Assembly (NCBI RefSeq): GCF_964213995.1
Contig: NC_135819.1
Span: forward strand, 7,564,001 to 7,628,000
Length of the DNA: 64,000 bases
Direction: 5' to 3'
From: Mustelus asterias
Taxonomy: Eukaryota
Position 1 is the stretch's first letter, and the number at the start of each line of letters is the position of its first letter. The translations under genes and the position numbers were made by a program. Below are positions 36,531-48,703 of this stretch, one piece after another. Under the pieces are notes generated by a model. It saw nothing but the letters and a program-made list of their open reading frames with translations. It was not told the origin of the DNA and made no database searches.

Positions 36531-37898
36531 TTTAACTATATATCCCCCTTCCATAGAAAGCTTAGTGTGAATTAAATAACACTTTGTACTGGCCTTTTTT
36601 ATTTGGCTGCAGTTTCATTTGTATATAATCTTATCAAAAGACATCGCTTTCCCCATTAAAATCACATGCCATACAGTTCCGATCTTTATATGATGTACTC
36701 TTACATTATCTCTAATTTGATCATTTGTTTGCGTGCAAGCGCCGCACCACAGTACTTCACAAAATAATTATGTCTTTATCAATACACAATATAGTATATG
36801 AATATAAAGTTGGTTAAGGCTTTTCAGGATTTGATGTTATTCTTGTGTCTATATGGCAGTGCTATACTGTATACTAAAAATAATCAAGCGGCAGTTGTAT
36901 CATACCACTTTACACATCGTAACCGTGATATCCAAACCCTTTTAATTCAAGCCGTTTCCATTTTTAAACTGAGCTCCAGATCAAAACCCCCACACTCTAG
37001 GAAAAATAACAGGCGCCGACTCAAAATCAAAGTAGGTACAATACATACCAGTTATTTGATTAGGAACATTTTGGCTTCTTAACTGGCTAGGTTTTCAGCT
37101 TTGCAGTGTTTTTATATTTGGCAAACCTTGAACAATAAATGGCACATGAAATTCCGACGGCAATACATAATTTTAACTAGTTCAGAATACTAAACTATCT
37201 GACGTTCGTAAATCGCGATATTCTGCGATTAATACTGTATTTCACTGACTTGATATACTTTAAACTGACTCATAGACAATATGTTTACCTCAGTCTTTTG
37301 TTCCTGCTTTTCTACCTTTCCACAAAATAACTTATTTTCTTCTCTTAACTCCTCAACTAACTCTTATAATTTCTACTTCAAGACAAAGGAAAGAGCACAT
37401 GCTTCCTTCCAAGGTTTAAATCCTTTCTTAACATTAAAACATTAAAGCAAACAACAACAAAACATCCACGCAACCACTTTGTTTAAACACACACAGACAC
37501 ACATGGAAGCTTCCAAAAGTCATTCCACAGCACATCCTTTTTCATTCAAACTTATCATTTCAAACTGGGATGAGTATAAAACATTCAAAGAGAATACAGA
37601 ACGTTGATTAAGACAGTCGCTTTTATTCTTCTTTCTTCCAAACTGTAATTAACTCAAAACAGAAGTAAATTCAAGGAATCTTATCACTTTAATCTTTAAC
37701 AGTTTTAACGCTCCCCCAGCCCCCCTGAGGCTAAACCAAGGTGCAATGCACTGCACCCACTGCCTGCAACAGACATTCCACAGGAACAAACAGGCTTCTG
37801 CAGCTCCCTGCTCTCAATCTAATACAACAACAACCACCTACATTCGACAAGCTACCAGATCTCACAAACACACTGAAATACAAAAACTAAGATCTCTC

Positions 37899-38948
37899 CT
37901 ATCCATCTCCAGGTATGCCACTAGCCCATTCTACCAATTCATCGTAATCTTGGGACATAATCACTCCCATTTTTAGGATGACCTGGTGAGAACTAGAGAG
38001 TCCATCCTTAAAAGCCTGGATGAACGCTCGATCTCCTCGCCCTGGATTCCCTTGTCCTGAGCACTCTTGGTATATCCGGAACAGTCGTTCCCCGTACTCA
38101 GAGGCTCCTTCTCCCTTTAGTTGCCTTGTGGTGGTAATTCTGCTCCAGTTAGTGGGAGCAATCCCTAAGACCCTCTGAATTTCTTCTTTAAACTGTAAGA
38201 AGGGTGCCTGTTGGGCATCTATCTCTGCTGTTAGGGGAATTACATGTGTCCACCGTCCCCCATTATAATCCTGTGCTATAGGGGCAACGGGTCCCCCTGC
38301 TACCTGCCTCCACTTATCCGCTGGACAGGCTGCCCTGACCAGCTGGTGTACGTCTCTTAGGTGTAATTGATGTCCGACCCAGATTGTGTCTAATTCTTCC
38401 CAGAATGTAGTGTTTGCGCTTCTAGTTTGTAATTTGCCCAGGGAAGCCATTATCTGCTGTCTCTCACCTGGGGTAAAGGGTTTATAATTTGCCTTTGGTC
38501 GCGCTGCTGTCCCCCCTCTAGTTATGGGCGCTAAGTTGTGTTCCAGCTGTTCCCATTCTTCTGAGGGAGCGGTTGGTCCTTGCTGGGTAGACTCATAAGA
38601 AGGTAGAGGATCAGTTTCTCCTCCCCATTGCCTTTCTAAAACCTGATTTTGTTTTTCCAGTTCCCTCACTCGGGATTCTAATTCTCTAATTCTTTCTTTA
38701 TCTTCCCTCCATTTCCTCATAGAGGCAACTACTTGTTCAATTAGACCTGCTAACTGATCTGTTAACATTATTCCTATTTTCTTCGTTCTGTTTCTTTTTT
38801 CTTTATCTATCCACTTTCTCTGCTGCTCTAAGGTTTGAGAAGTATCCCAGCCATCCTTTTGCATTCTCTTTATTAACTCCTTCCTGTCTGTCATGTAGAT
38901 TTCAATTAGGGAACCTGCAGATCCCCTTTTAACTTCACTATCTGCCAT
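37899..38948 (-). CDS. gag: Retroviral Gag (MA-CA, no nucleocapsid), open 349 aa from first ATG
   Basis: Coiled coil, late-domain-like LPSY and PTAP, YKPFTP, major homology region RQLKGEGASEYGERL, FIQAFKDGL. Confidence 0.88.
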   Translation of the reverse strand: MADSEVKRGSAGSLIEIYMTDRKELIKRMQKDGWDTSQTLEQQRKWIDKEKRNRTKKIGIMLTDQLAGLIEQVVASMRKWREDKERIRELESRVRELEKQNQVLERQWGGETDPLPSYESTQQGPTAPSEEWEQLEHNLAPITRGGTAARPKANYKPFTPGERQQIMASLGKLQTRSANTTFWEELDTIWVGHQLHLRDVHQLVRAACPADKWRQVAGGPVAPIAQDYNGGRWTHVIPLTAEIDAQQAPFLQFKEEIQRVLGIAPTNWSRITTTRQLKGEGASEYGERLFRIYQECSGQGNPGRGDRAFIQAFKDGLSSSHQVILKMGVIMSQDYDELVEWASGIPGDG

Positions 38949-39619
38949 TTCGCAGATTTCACTAACCCCGGCCACGATTATTCTTTAGTAAAGTGTGCTA
39001 ACTACCGTAGGGACTTCACTACCCCCGGCCACTTTTACTATTCTCACACCGTGTTTCACTGCCGTTACAGGGTTTCAAGTTATACTCACAGCTTCCACGA
39101 TTACCACTTCGGCAATGTGCTTCTCCACCGGAGTCCAGTTTAGGTCAGAGTTGATCAAACTCCTGTTCCGCCCCGCTTTTCACAACATTGACAGTACAGT
39201 TCTCAACTTCTCAATACTTTCAGGCAATCAGCTGGCAACTCTGCGTCTGTTCGCCACTACAGAGGGTGATGTTAAACCGACTTCTGCCCTTTTGTGCTTC
39301 ACAATCCTTTAGTGCCCTTGGTGTCTCTCACTCACTTCAATTCCTCACCTTCACGTGGCAGATTTCTGCTCTTAATAGCCAGTCTAAGGCAGAGGTTTTG
39401 AGACAGGCACTACCTTGTCCTTTTGTCGATCAGCACAAATCACAGTTATTTATTACTATCAGCAGTTAGTACTTATCACTATAACAAATACTATCACAAA
39501 TACACAGTACAAATATTTCCCCCTTATAAACCGTATTTTCTGATCCAGTCCGACTCTTACAGATTCCGCGATCTCTACCCCGGTTGCGACCGTGGCCAAT
39601 CGGTCTCACCAGTAATAGG

Positions 39620-39637
39620 ATCCTGCCGACTACGCCA
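39620..39637 (-). other. Primer-binding site complementary to tRNA-Ser 3' end
   Basis: TGGCGTAGTCGGCAGGAT 2 nt after the 5' LTR; complement ATCCTGCCGACTACGCCA is the 3' end of vertebrate tRNA-Ser(AGA-type). Confidence 0.92.
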
Positions 39638-39639
39638 AT

Positions 39640-40282
39640 TGTTGTGGGAAAAATCCACTAGTAGTCAGACTTCGAGATTCAGAAAATACGATTTATTAAA
39701 CGGAGCTCTGGGAGTGAAGGCACATTGTTCGTAGAACACCTTTTCTCACTAGTATGTCGGGAGCGGTTCATTTTTATACCCTTTACACAATAGGTAAACC
39801 GGTGATTCGAACATTATCACATCGTTTAAGTGAGTACAAGCAGGTATAGACATTTAACATTTTATGAATGGGTACATCCCTTCATGTTTAAGCGAGTACA
39901 AGCAGGTATAGACATTTAACATAATATGAATGGGTACATTTCCTCATGTCTGTATCTGTCAATGGTCAGTTTCGTCTCATTCAGGTGCTAATTGGTTTCC
40001 TCGCATTCATATTTTCCTGCTTCCCTAACGTTAATCTAAGCTCTTTGTTTCGGGTTTTCCTGATCTTAAAAGATGTCTTGACCCTTGGCTTGGCTTCCTG
40101 AGGTGTTTGTTTGCTATGAGTCACTGTCTGTGATTTGGGAATGGCTTGTCTGTTAGGTTTTGATTTAAAGTGATTTCTGAACAGCGGGAGCCTGTGTCTG
40201 CTTTCTGGCTTCTTTCCCAGTTAACCCGTTATGTGCCAGGCAGCCATTTTAAAGTGTGCTCCCTTGTATTTTTCCCTTTACA
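39640..40282 (-). repeat. ERV 5' LTR (643 bp, with ~61-bp tandem duplication in U3)
   Basis: Minus-strand TATAAAA (~39771-39778) and AATAAA (39692-39697); duplicated GTTTAAG(T/C)GAGTACAAGCAGGTATAGACATTTAACAT block. Confidence 0.95.
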
Positions 40283-41506
40283 ATACAATGGTGGGAGGGA
40301 GGGCAGGATATAAGGAGGAAATAAATAGCTAACAGAGATATTGATAGGTTAAATAAATGGGCAGAAAATCTGTAGCACAAAGTGTCCTTGTCCTTGGGTG
40401 TCCTTGTGCATGAAACCCAGAAAGCTAGCCTACAGGTGCAGAAGGTAATAAGGAAGGCAAATGAATGCTGTCTTTTATTTCAAGGGGGCTGGAGTATAAA
40501 GATACGGAGGTGTTGCTGCAACTGTACAAGGTACCATTGAGGCCACATTTAGAATACTGTGGGAATCCAGGGTGGGATTTTCCCAGGCCCAGAAATCAGT
40601 TTTATGCTGACATGAATCCCCTAGGGTATCTTTTACCGGAGTTCACCAGGGCGGATGCCGAAACTTGCTCATGGCCAGTGTGAAACTGATATACATCCAG
40701 ATAATGGATGCAGTTAAAGACCTGACTAGAATTCTCCCCCATGCTTGATTCTCTGTGACATCAGTAGGAAAGTACACTAGTCCAGAACATGTCTGGAACA
40801 ATGTAGCGTACAGAAGTTGGAACTTACCTGAAGAATGCCTGGGGCTGCCTCCAGAATTAACACAGAGGCCGTCAATGACCCTGAACCCTGGAACAACACA
40901 GCATTGGGTGGGGAGAGCATCTATTAGGTGGATCGTCCATCTTCAGTGTCATCGAGGGATTCCATCGTCCAACCTCAGTGTATTCCTGGAGATCCACCTT
41001 CTTTCTTCGATGGTGGGTCAGTGATGTTGGCTGCCTTTTCAAAAGGGCACCCAGATATGAAGGAGGGATGTGTGCAATCAAGCCCGCCCCGCCACAGAAC
41101 ATGGCGCTAAACCCCCAGATTCATAACAAACAAGGTTGGGGGTTGTAAGGCATGGTATGGTCTCCCGTGATTCCCCACAGTGGGAAACACATCTGTCACC
41201 GCCATGGGATTTAGTCCCAGATGGGAGATTTCTGCCTCCAGTTCCCCAGACGTTCTGGACCAAAGATGGAAAGATACTCAGCAGAGAGATTCTCCACATC
41301 CCATTAGTATCAATGCAGCAGGGTGGTCTGTTCAAGAGCACAGTCACCAATGAATATAGAAGAAAGCATTCATTCACTGTAAGTGCAGTCATTTCATGTG
41401 AGTAACATATTACAGGAAATGTAACATTTGAATCTTCCTTTATTCTGAGCATTGTGATGTTTTTAAGCAATCCGATTTTCAGTGAACCCCCATGGCCTGT
41501 TTTCCA

Positions 41507-41680
41507 GTAAGAAGTCTCACAACACCAGGTTAAAGTCCAACAGGTTTATTTGGTAGCAAATACCATAAGCTTTCGGAGCGCTGCCCCTTCGTCAGATGGA
41601 GTGGTTATCTGTTCTCAAACAGTGCAAACAGACACAGAAATCAAATTACAGAATACTGATTAGAATGCAAATCTCTACAG
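41507..41680 (-). mobile_element. Penelope pLTR fragment with hammerhead motif (41563-41599)
   Basis: Minus strand CCAT-CTGACGA-A-GGGGC/AGC/GCTCC-GAAA-GCT-T-ATGG. Confidence 0.75.
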
Positions 41681-42314
41681 TTTTCCAGTGGCAGAGGTGG
41701 CTTGTCATTGGCCAGCGGCCAATCCTGCCGACGTCAATCACGTTTTGTATTGTATGCCAGTGCGCCACTGGGAAACCCGCCCTGGCAGCGGGGGGACCAG
41801 AAGATTCAGCCGGCAGGAAGGACCAGAAGATTCAGCCCAGTGGCTGCCATGTTGATTTTGTATTTACTGTAATGATTTTAACCAGGCAATTGAGGTGGGC
41901 CTGCTTGAATATGAACTCCCTGATAAAGGGCCAAATTGATGGTCCAATCAGGAAGCCCCATGCTCTGTATTTAAAAAAGAGTGTCAGTTCCTCTGACACT
42001 CCGGATGCAGACTGGGAGCACTCTGTGTAGTGTTGTTGGATCTTGTACAGAAAGAAATTTTGGTGAAGGGACTTCCAATTCCGAGGACTTACATTTACAC
42101 AAAAACACTATTTGACTATACAAAAGAACCGAGGCCAAGGAGTCATTTTCAGGCAGTGACAGCACTGAAAGCTGCAACTGAAACGTTTAGCTGTTTTGAA
42201 ATGGTTCTTAGAAGATGAATATGTGGTTAAGTTTGGGCACTCAGCCAGTCTAAAACTGCATCATTGACTCTGCGAGTGTGACTGGGTATTTTAATCTTTT
42301 TATTTCATTTCCAG

Positions 42315-42596
42315 CTAAACCAGGAGACACAACCATTTCAGTAAATAACAAAACTGTGTCAGGATTTCCAGTAAATGTCAGTAAAGGTGATGAGGTTACA
42401 CTGATCTGCAATTCCAATGGAAATCCCACACCTACATTAAAATGGGAAGATCCCGGTAATGGCAGCAACGTTGAGATTGCTCCTCCTGGAATTCTCCGTA
42501 TTTCCCACACAACATCAGGACATCAAGGAATTTATAAATGTACAGCTACCAATCCATATGGAATTGATGAGAAGGAAGTGGACATCAGGGTCACAG
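42315..42596 (+). CDS. Gene A exon 6, Ig domain 5 (I-set-like)
   Basis: ttccag acceptor; GDEVTLICNSNGNPTPTLKW...HQGIYKCTATNPYG...IRVT; G|gtcagt donor. Confidence 0.93.
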
Positions 42597-43197
42597 GTCA
42601 GTTTGTAATATTGATCAGAATTCAAAGGATAAATAATTAATCTTTTGAGAGAAAAGCAGAAATTGATGGAAATTCTCAGCAGGTCTGGCAGCGTCTGTGG
42701 AGAGTGAAATACAGTTAATGTATCGAATCTGTATCAGTTCTTCAGCTTTTGAGGATTGAAAAAGCATTTCAGTTCCTCCAACCCAATCCTGAGTGTCACA
42801 TTGGTTTAGGAACTTCTCTTTATTCATTGGCTGAGTTTTTACAGCCTTACCCATCCTGAAACCATCAAATCCTGCCCGAGGTCAACGGACCTTCCCACAC
42901 TCCACCCCTCGCCTGCTCCGATTCCCCTGGCAGGTGGGCCGGTAAAATTCCGGCCATTGTGTTGAAGACTCCTGTTCCACTCCATCCTTGCTGATGAAGA
43001 GGCAAATGGACAAACTCGCTGATTCTAACAATGTTGCTCTGTGACTGGCCTCTGGGACATTAGTACAAGTGGTTCAGAGTGACACTTCCTGTTCCTTTTT
43101 GTGTAGAAACACCTTCCTCCGGCTCTGTGTTTGCCCAGACTGCCCGGGCAGTAACACCGCAAGAGAGGAGGTACAGCTGTGAACCCACACACTGCCA

Positions 43198-43727
43198 GTA
43201 CACGGGGCAGGGTGTTGGCAGCACAGTGAGCTGTGGTACATGGGGCAGGGTGTTGGTAACTCAGTGAGCTGTGGTACACGGGGCAGGGTGTTGGTAACTC
43301 AGTGAGCTGTGGTACATGGGGCAGGGTGTTGACAGCTCAGTGAGCTGTGGTACACGGGGCAGGGTGTTGGTAACTCAGTGAGCTGTGGTACATGGGGCAG
43401 CGTGTTGACAGCTCAGTGAGCTGTGGTACATGGGGCAGGGTGTTGGCAGCTCAGTGAGCTGTGGTACACGGGGCAGGGTGTTGGCAGCTCAGTGAGCTGT
43501 GGTACATGGGGCAGGGTGTTGGCAGCTCAGTGAGCTGTGGTACATGGGGCAGGGTGTTGGCAGCTCAGTGAGCTGTGGTACATGGGGCAGGATGTTGGCA
43601 GCTCAGTGAGCTGTGGTACATGGGGCAGGGTGTTGACAGCTCAGTGAGCTGTGGTACACGGGGCAGGGTGTTGGCAGCTCAGTGAGCTGTGGTACATGGG
43701 GCAGGGTGTTGGTAACTCAATGAGCTG
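43198..43727. repeat. 38-bp G-rich minisatellite, about 14 copies
   Basis: GTGAGCTGTGGTACA(T/C)GGGGCAGGGTGTTGGCAGCTCA tandem units. Confidence 0.97.
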
Positions 43728-44344
43728 CAGTGCATTGCTGGTCTTCAATTCTCACAGTGAGGGGAGAGGCGATTGAAATCAGTGAAAAATGAAACCAGAG
43801 ATACTTGGGAGGAATTTTCCCATCCCGCCCTCCAAGGAAATTGGAGCGGGCTGGGGACATGCAAAGGTCTGTTGACCTCGGACAGGATTTTTTGGTTTTG
43901 GAGCAAACACAGTCGGAAAGCCCCACCCACAGACTTTGACATTGAGGAAGTATTTGACTGAATGTGGCATCAGTGAGCCATAGCAAAAACTGAAGTCAGT
44001 AAGAATTCAGGGAAATCACTCATCTGGAAGCAGATGCTACCCAAGTCAGGGTGACAGATGATGAAATTCTGTCACTGGGAAGATTCAAAATTGATAAGGC
44101 ACCAGGACTGGATGAGATGCATCAAAGGATATTGAAGAAAGCGAGAGGGAAAGTTGTGGGGTCATTGGCCAAATTTTGCTGTACTCTCTCGATTCGTGGG
44201 AAGTGCCAGAGGACTGATGAATTACAGACATTATGCTCTTGTTCACAAATGCTTGTAAGAATAAGCTCAACGATTACAGACCAGGCAGTTTAACTTTGGT
44301 GGTGGGAAAGCTTCTAGAAACAATTATTCAGGCTAGAATAAGAC

Positions 44345-47300
44345 CATTAGACCATAAGAGCATGAGGAGGCCATTTGGTCCCTCGAGCCTGTTCTGCTAT
44401 TCACTAGGATCACGGCCAATCTGACATTCCTCATGTCCACGTTCCTACCCATGCCCCGTAACCCTCGATTCCCTCACTGATCAAAAATCTATCTATCTCA
44501 GCCTTAAATATACACAGTGACTATACCCCCACAGCTCTCTGTGGCAAGGAGTTCCAAAGACTCTCCGCCCTCTGAGAGAAGAAATTCCTCCTCATCTCAG
44601 TCTTAAATTGGCACCCCTTTATTCTGAGTTTATGCCCTCTGGTCCTAGACCCTCACATGAGGGGAAACATCCTCTCAGTATTTACCCTGCCAAGCCCCTT
44701 AAGAATCCCATATGTTTCAGTGAGATCACCTCTCATTCTTCTAAATTCCAATGAGTAGAGTCCCAACCTGTTTAACCTTTCCTCATTCGACAATCCCTCC
44801 ATATCAGAGACCATTCTGGTGAACCTTCTCTGAACTGTCTCCAATGAAATAATATCTCTCCTTAAATAAGGGGATCAAAACTGCTCACAGTGCTCCAGAT
44901 GTGGTCTCACCAGTACCTTGTACAGCTGCAGCAAGACTTCCCGACTCTTACACTCCAACCCCCTTGAAATAAAGGCCAACATTCCATTAGTCTTCCTGAT
45001 ACCTGCTGTACCTGTGTGCTAGCTTTCTGTGTTTTGTGCATGAGTCCCTTTGTGTTGCAGCTTTCTGCAGTTTTTTTCCATTTAAATAATACTCTGTTCT
45101 TTTGTTCTCCCTTCCAAAATGAACAACTTCACATTTTCCCCCATTATATTCCATTTACCATCATTTTATTCACTTACTTAACATAGAACATAGAACAGTA
45201 CAGCACAGAACAGGCCCTTCGGCCCACGATGTTGTGCCGAGCTTTATCTGAAACCAAGATCAAGCTATCCCACTCCCTATCATCCTGGTGCACTCCATGT
45301 GCCTATCCAATAACCGCTTAAATGTTCCTAAAGTGTCTGACTCCACTATCACTGCAGGCAGTCCATTCCACACCCCAACCACTCTTTGCGTAAAGACCCT
45401 ACCTCTGATATCCTTCCTGTATCTCCCACCACGAACCCTATAGTTATGTCCCCTTGTAATAGCTCCATCCACCCGAGGAAATAGTCTTTGAACGTTCACT
45501 CTATCTATCCCCTTCATCATTTTATAAACCTCTATTAGGTCTCCCCTCAGCCTCCTCCACTCGAGAGAGAACAGCCCTAGCTCCCTCAACCTTTCCTCAT
45601 AAGACCTACCCTCCAAACCAGGCAGCATCCTGGTAAATCCCCTTTGCACTCTTTCCAGCGCTTCCACATCCTTCTTATAGTGAGGTGACCAGAACTGCAC
45701 ACAATATTCCAAATGTGGTCTCACCAAGGTCCTGTACAGTTGCAGCATCACCCCACGGCTCTTAAACTCCAACCCCCTGTTAATAAAAGCTAACACACTA
45801 TAGGCCTTCTTCACAGCTCTATCCACTTGAGTGGCAACCTTTAGAGATCTGTGGATATGAACCCCAAGATCTCTCTGTTCCTCCACAGTCTTCAGAACCC
45901 TACCTTTGACCCTGTAATCCACATTTAAATTAGTCCTACCAAAATGAATCACCTCACATTTATCAGGGTTAAACTCCATTTGCCATTTTTCAGCCCAGCT
46001 TTGCGTCCTATCTATGTCTCTTTGCAGCCTACAACAGCCCTCCACCTCATCCACTACTCCACCAATCTTGGTGTCATCAGCAAATTTACTGATCCACCCT
46101 TCAGCCCCCTCCTCTAAGTCATTAATAAAAATCACAAAGAGCAGAGGACCAAGCACTGATCCCTACGGCACTCCGCTAGCAACCTGCCTCCAATCCGAAA
46201 ATTTTCCATCCACCACCACCCTCTGTCTTCGATCAGACAGCCAGTTACCTATCCAATCAGCCAACTTTCCCTCTATCCCACACCTCCTCGCTTTCATCAT
46301 AAGCCGACCATGGGGGACCTTATCAAACGCCTTACTAAAATCCATGTATATGACATCAACTGCCCTACCTTCATCAACACACTTAGTTACCTCCTCAAAA
46401 AATTCTATCAAATTTGTGAGGCCCGACTTGCCCTTCACGAATCCGTGCTGACTATCCCAGATTAATCCGCATCTTTCTAAATGGTCGTAAATCCCATCTC
46501 TAAGGACCTTTTCCATCAATTTACCAACAACCGAAGTAAGACTAACCGGTCTATAATTACCAGGGTCATTTCTATTCCCTTTCTTAAACAGAGGAACAAC
46601 ATTCGCCATTCTCCAGTCCTCTGGCACCATCCCCGTGGACAGCGAGGACCCAAAGATCAAAGCCAAAGGCTCCGCAATCTCATCCCTTGCCTCCCAAAGA
46701 ATCCTAGGATACATTTCATCAGGCCCAGGGGACTTATCGACCTTCAGTTTATCCTCCCTCCGAACATCTATTTCCTCCAGCCTATTAGCCTGTAACACCT
46801 TCTCTTCCTCAAAAACATGGCCCCTCTCCTTGGTGAACACTGAAGAAAAGTATTCATTCATCACCTCGCCTATCTCTACTGACTCCATACACAAGTTCCC
46901 ACTACTGTCCTTGACCGGCCCTAACCTCACCCTGGTCATTCTTTTATTCCTCACATAAGAGTAAAAAGCCTTGGGGTTTTTCTTGATCCGACCCGCCAAG
47001 GACTTCTCGTGTCCCCTCCTAGTTCTCCTAAGCCCCTCTTTAACCTATCAATATCTCTTTGGAAACTGTTTGTATCACCCTCGCAACTTGCTTTTTCACC
47101 AATTTTTATGTTGTCTGCAAATTTGGCTGCAATACATTCGCTTCCTTCCTCCAAGTCAGTAATATATATTGTAAACAGACGCAGTCCCAGCACTGATCCC
47201 TGTGGAACTCCACTGGTTACAGGTCACCAACCTGAAAAAGAACCCCTTATCCCCACTCGCTGTTTCCTGCCCATCAGCCAATTCTCTATCCATACCAATA

Positions 47301-48090
47301 TACTACCTGCAATACCATAGGCTCTTACCTTGTAACTTAACCTTTTGTGAGGTACCTTGTCGAACGCCTTCTGGAAGTCCAAATACAATACATCTACTGG
47401 TTCCCCTCTATCCACTCTGGTTGAGACGTCTTTGAAAAACTCTGACAAATTGATCAGACGTGATTTCCCTTTCATGAAGCCATGCTAACTCTGCTTGATT
47501 AGATTATGATTTCCAAACGTGCAGCCATTGCTTTCTTAATAATTCATTCCAACATTTTTCTCATGTTAGATGTTAGGTTAGTCACACTATAGTTACCCGC
47601 TTTTTGCCTCCCTCCCTTCTTGAATAGGGGTGTCACATTGGTAGTTTTTCAATCCTCCGGTACTTCTCCAGAATCCAAGGATTTTTGGAAAGTTATAACC
47701 AATGCATCCGCTGAGGGCCAAATTCTCCATTCTTGCTGGCAGTGACAGTGGGGCATGAACAGCTGGAGAATTCCGGCCTATGTATTGGTTCTTTAAATAT
47801 TAGCCATTGCCTGTCTGCCATCGTGCTTTGAAAAATAGTTTCCCAATCTACCATAGCTAATATGCCCAGCATACGTTCATAGTTTCCTTTCTTTAGACTT
47901 AAGACCTGAGTCTCTGATTGAACTACTTCACTTTAAAACTTAATGTAAAATTCTATCCTATTATGATCACTCTTTCCTAAAGGCTCCTTTACAACAACAT
48001 TATTAATCAACCTTTTTTCATTGCACAATACTCGATCTAAAATAGCGCATTCCCTAGTTGGTTCCTCAACATACAGCTCTAGGAAACCAT
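44345..48090 (-). mobile_element. Older CR1 LINE interrupted by a young CR1 (45183-47040)
   Basis: Collinear RT/EN remnants at 44653-44844, 46951-47475 and 47933-48130. Confidence 0.8.
45183..47040 (-). mobile_element. Young CR1 LINE, RT nearly intact (one in-frame stop)
   Basis: ORFs 46163-46999 and 45260-46156 in the same frame; TTAAC duplicated at the flanks. Confidence 0.95.
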
Positions 48091-48703
48091 CTTGCCTACA
48101 AATGTGGGAACTAAAGTATGATTTGATCAAGTGACAAATTGGGAGAGATTAAAAATTTGAACACCTGTGAATCAGGTTTGTGATTGAAATAGAAAAGCCT
48201 AAACAAAAACTTCCAAAAAGAGGGGGGAGGGGGCGGAAAGACAATAACATGGCTACCAACACCTCTTAGCACCCCCCCCCGACCCCCCCCCCCGACCCCC
48301 CACTCCCCTCCCCCACCCACACCTTTTCCTATTATTCTCTGTTCTAAATATAAACTCTTATCCCCCATGCCAGGGAAGAAAATGGAGGCAATATTGACAT
48401 CACTAAGGTTGAAGCTCTACAGAGAGAAATTGATCTGCATCACTAACAGATCATTCCTGTAGATGTGTATGGTAAAAAGATAGGGACCTAGAACTGTCCT
48501 CCATAAAAATCAGACGTGCCCTGTGGTGTGGGAAAAATGAAAGGAGCTGAAGTTGAGAAATGGGGAAGAGTGAATATAGCACAATAGACATTCTATTAAA
48601 AAAAACATTGTTTGTAACAGATTTTGCTTTGCTTTGTCATATATATATATTGCCCTGGGAGTGCCAAAGATTTGATTAACTATGTTTTTGAATGTTTTCA
48701 TAG

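Larger units (their letters stand above)
33783..40282 (-). mobile_element. Endogenous retrovirus provirus, pol-deleted, antisense in intron 5 of gene A
   Basis: Paired TG..CA LTRs, 4-bp TSD ATAC (33779-33782 and 40283-40286), PBS, PPT, order gag - integrase remnant - env. Confidence 0.97.

Noticed and set aside
38995-39734. Plus-strand ORFs in the ERV leader as accessory genes
   Set aside because: Non-ATG starts, antisense to the provirus, no recognisable motifs
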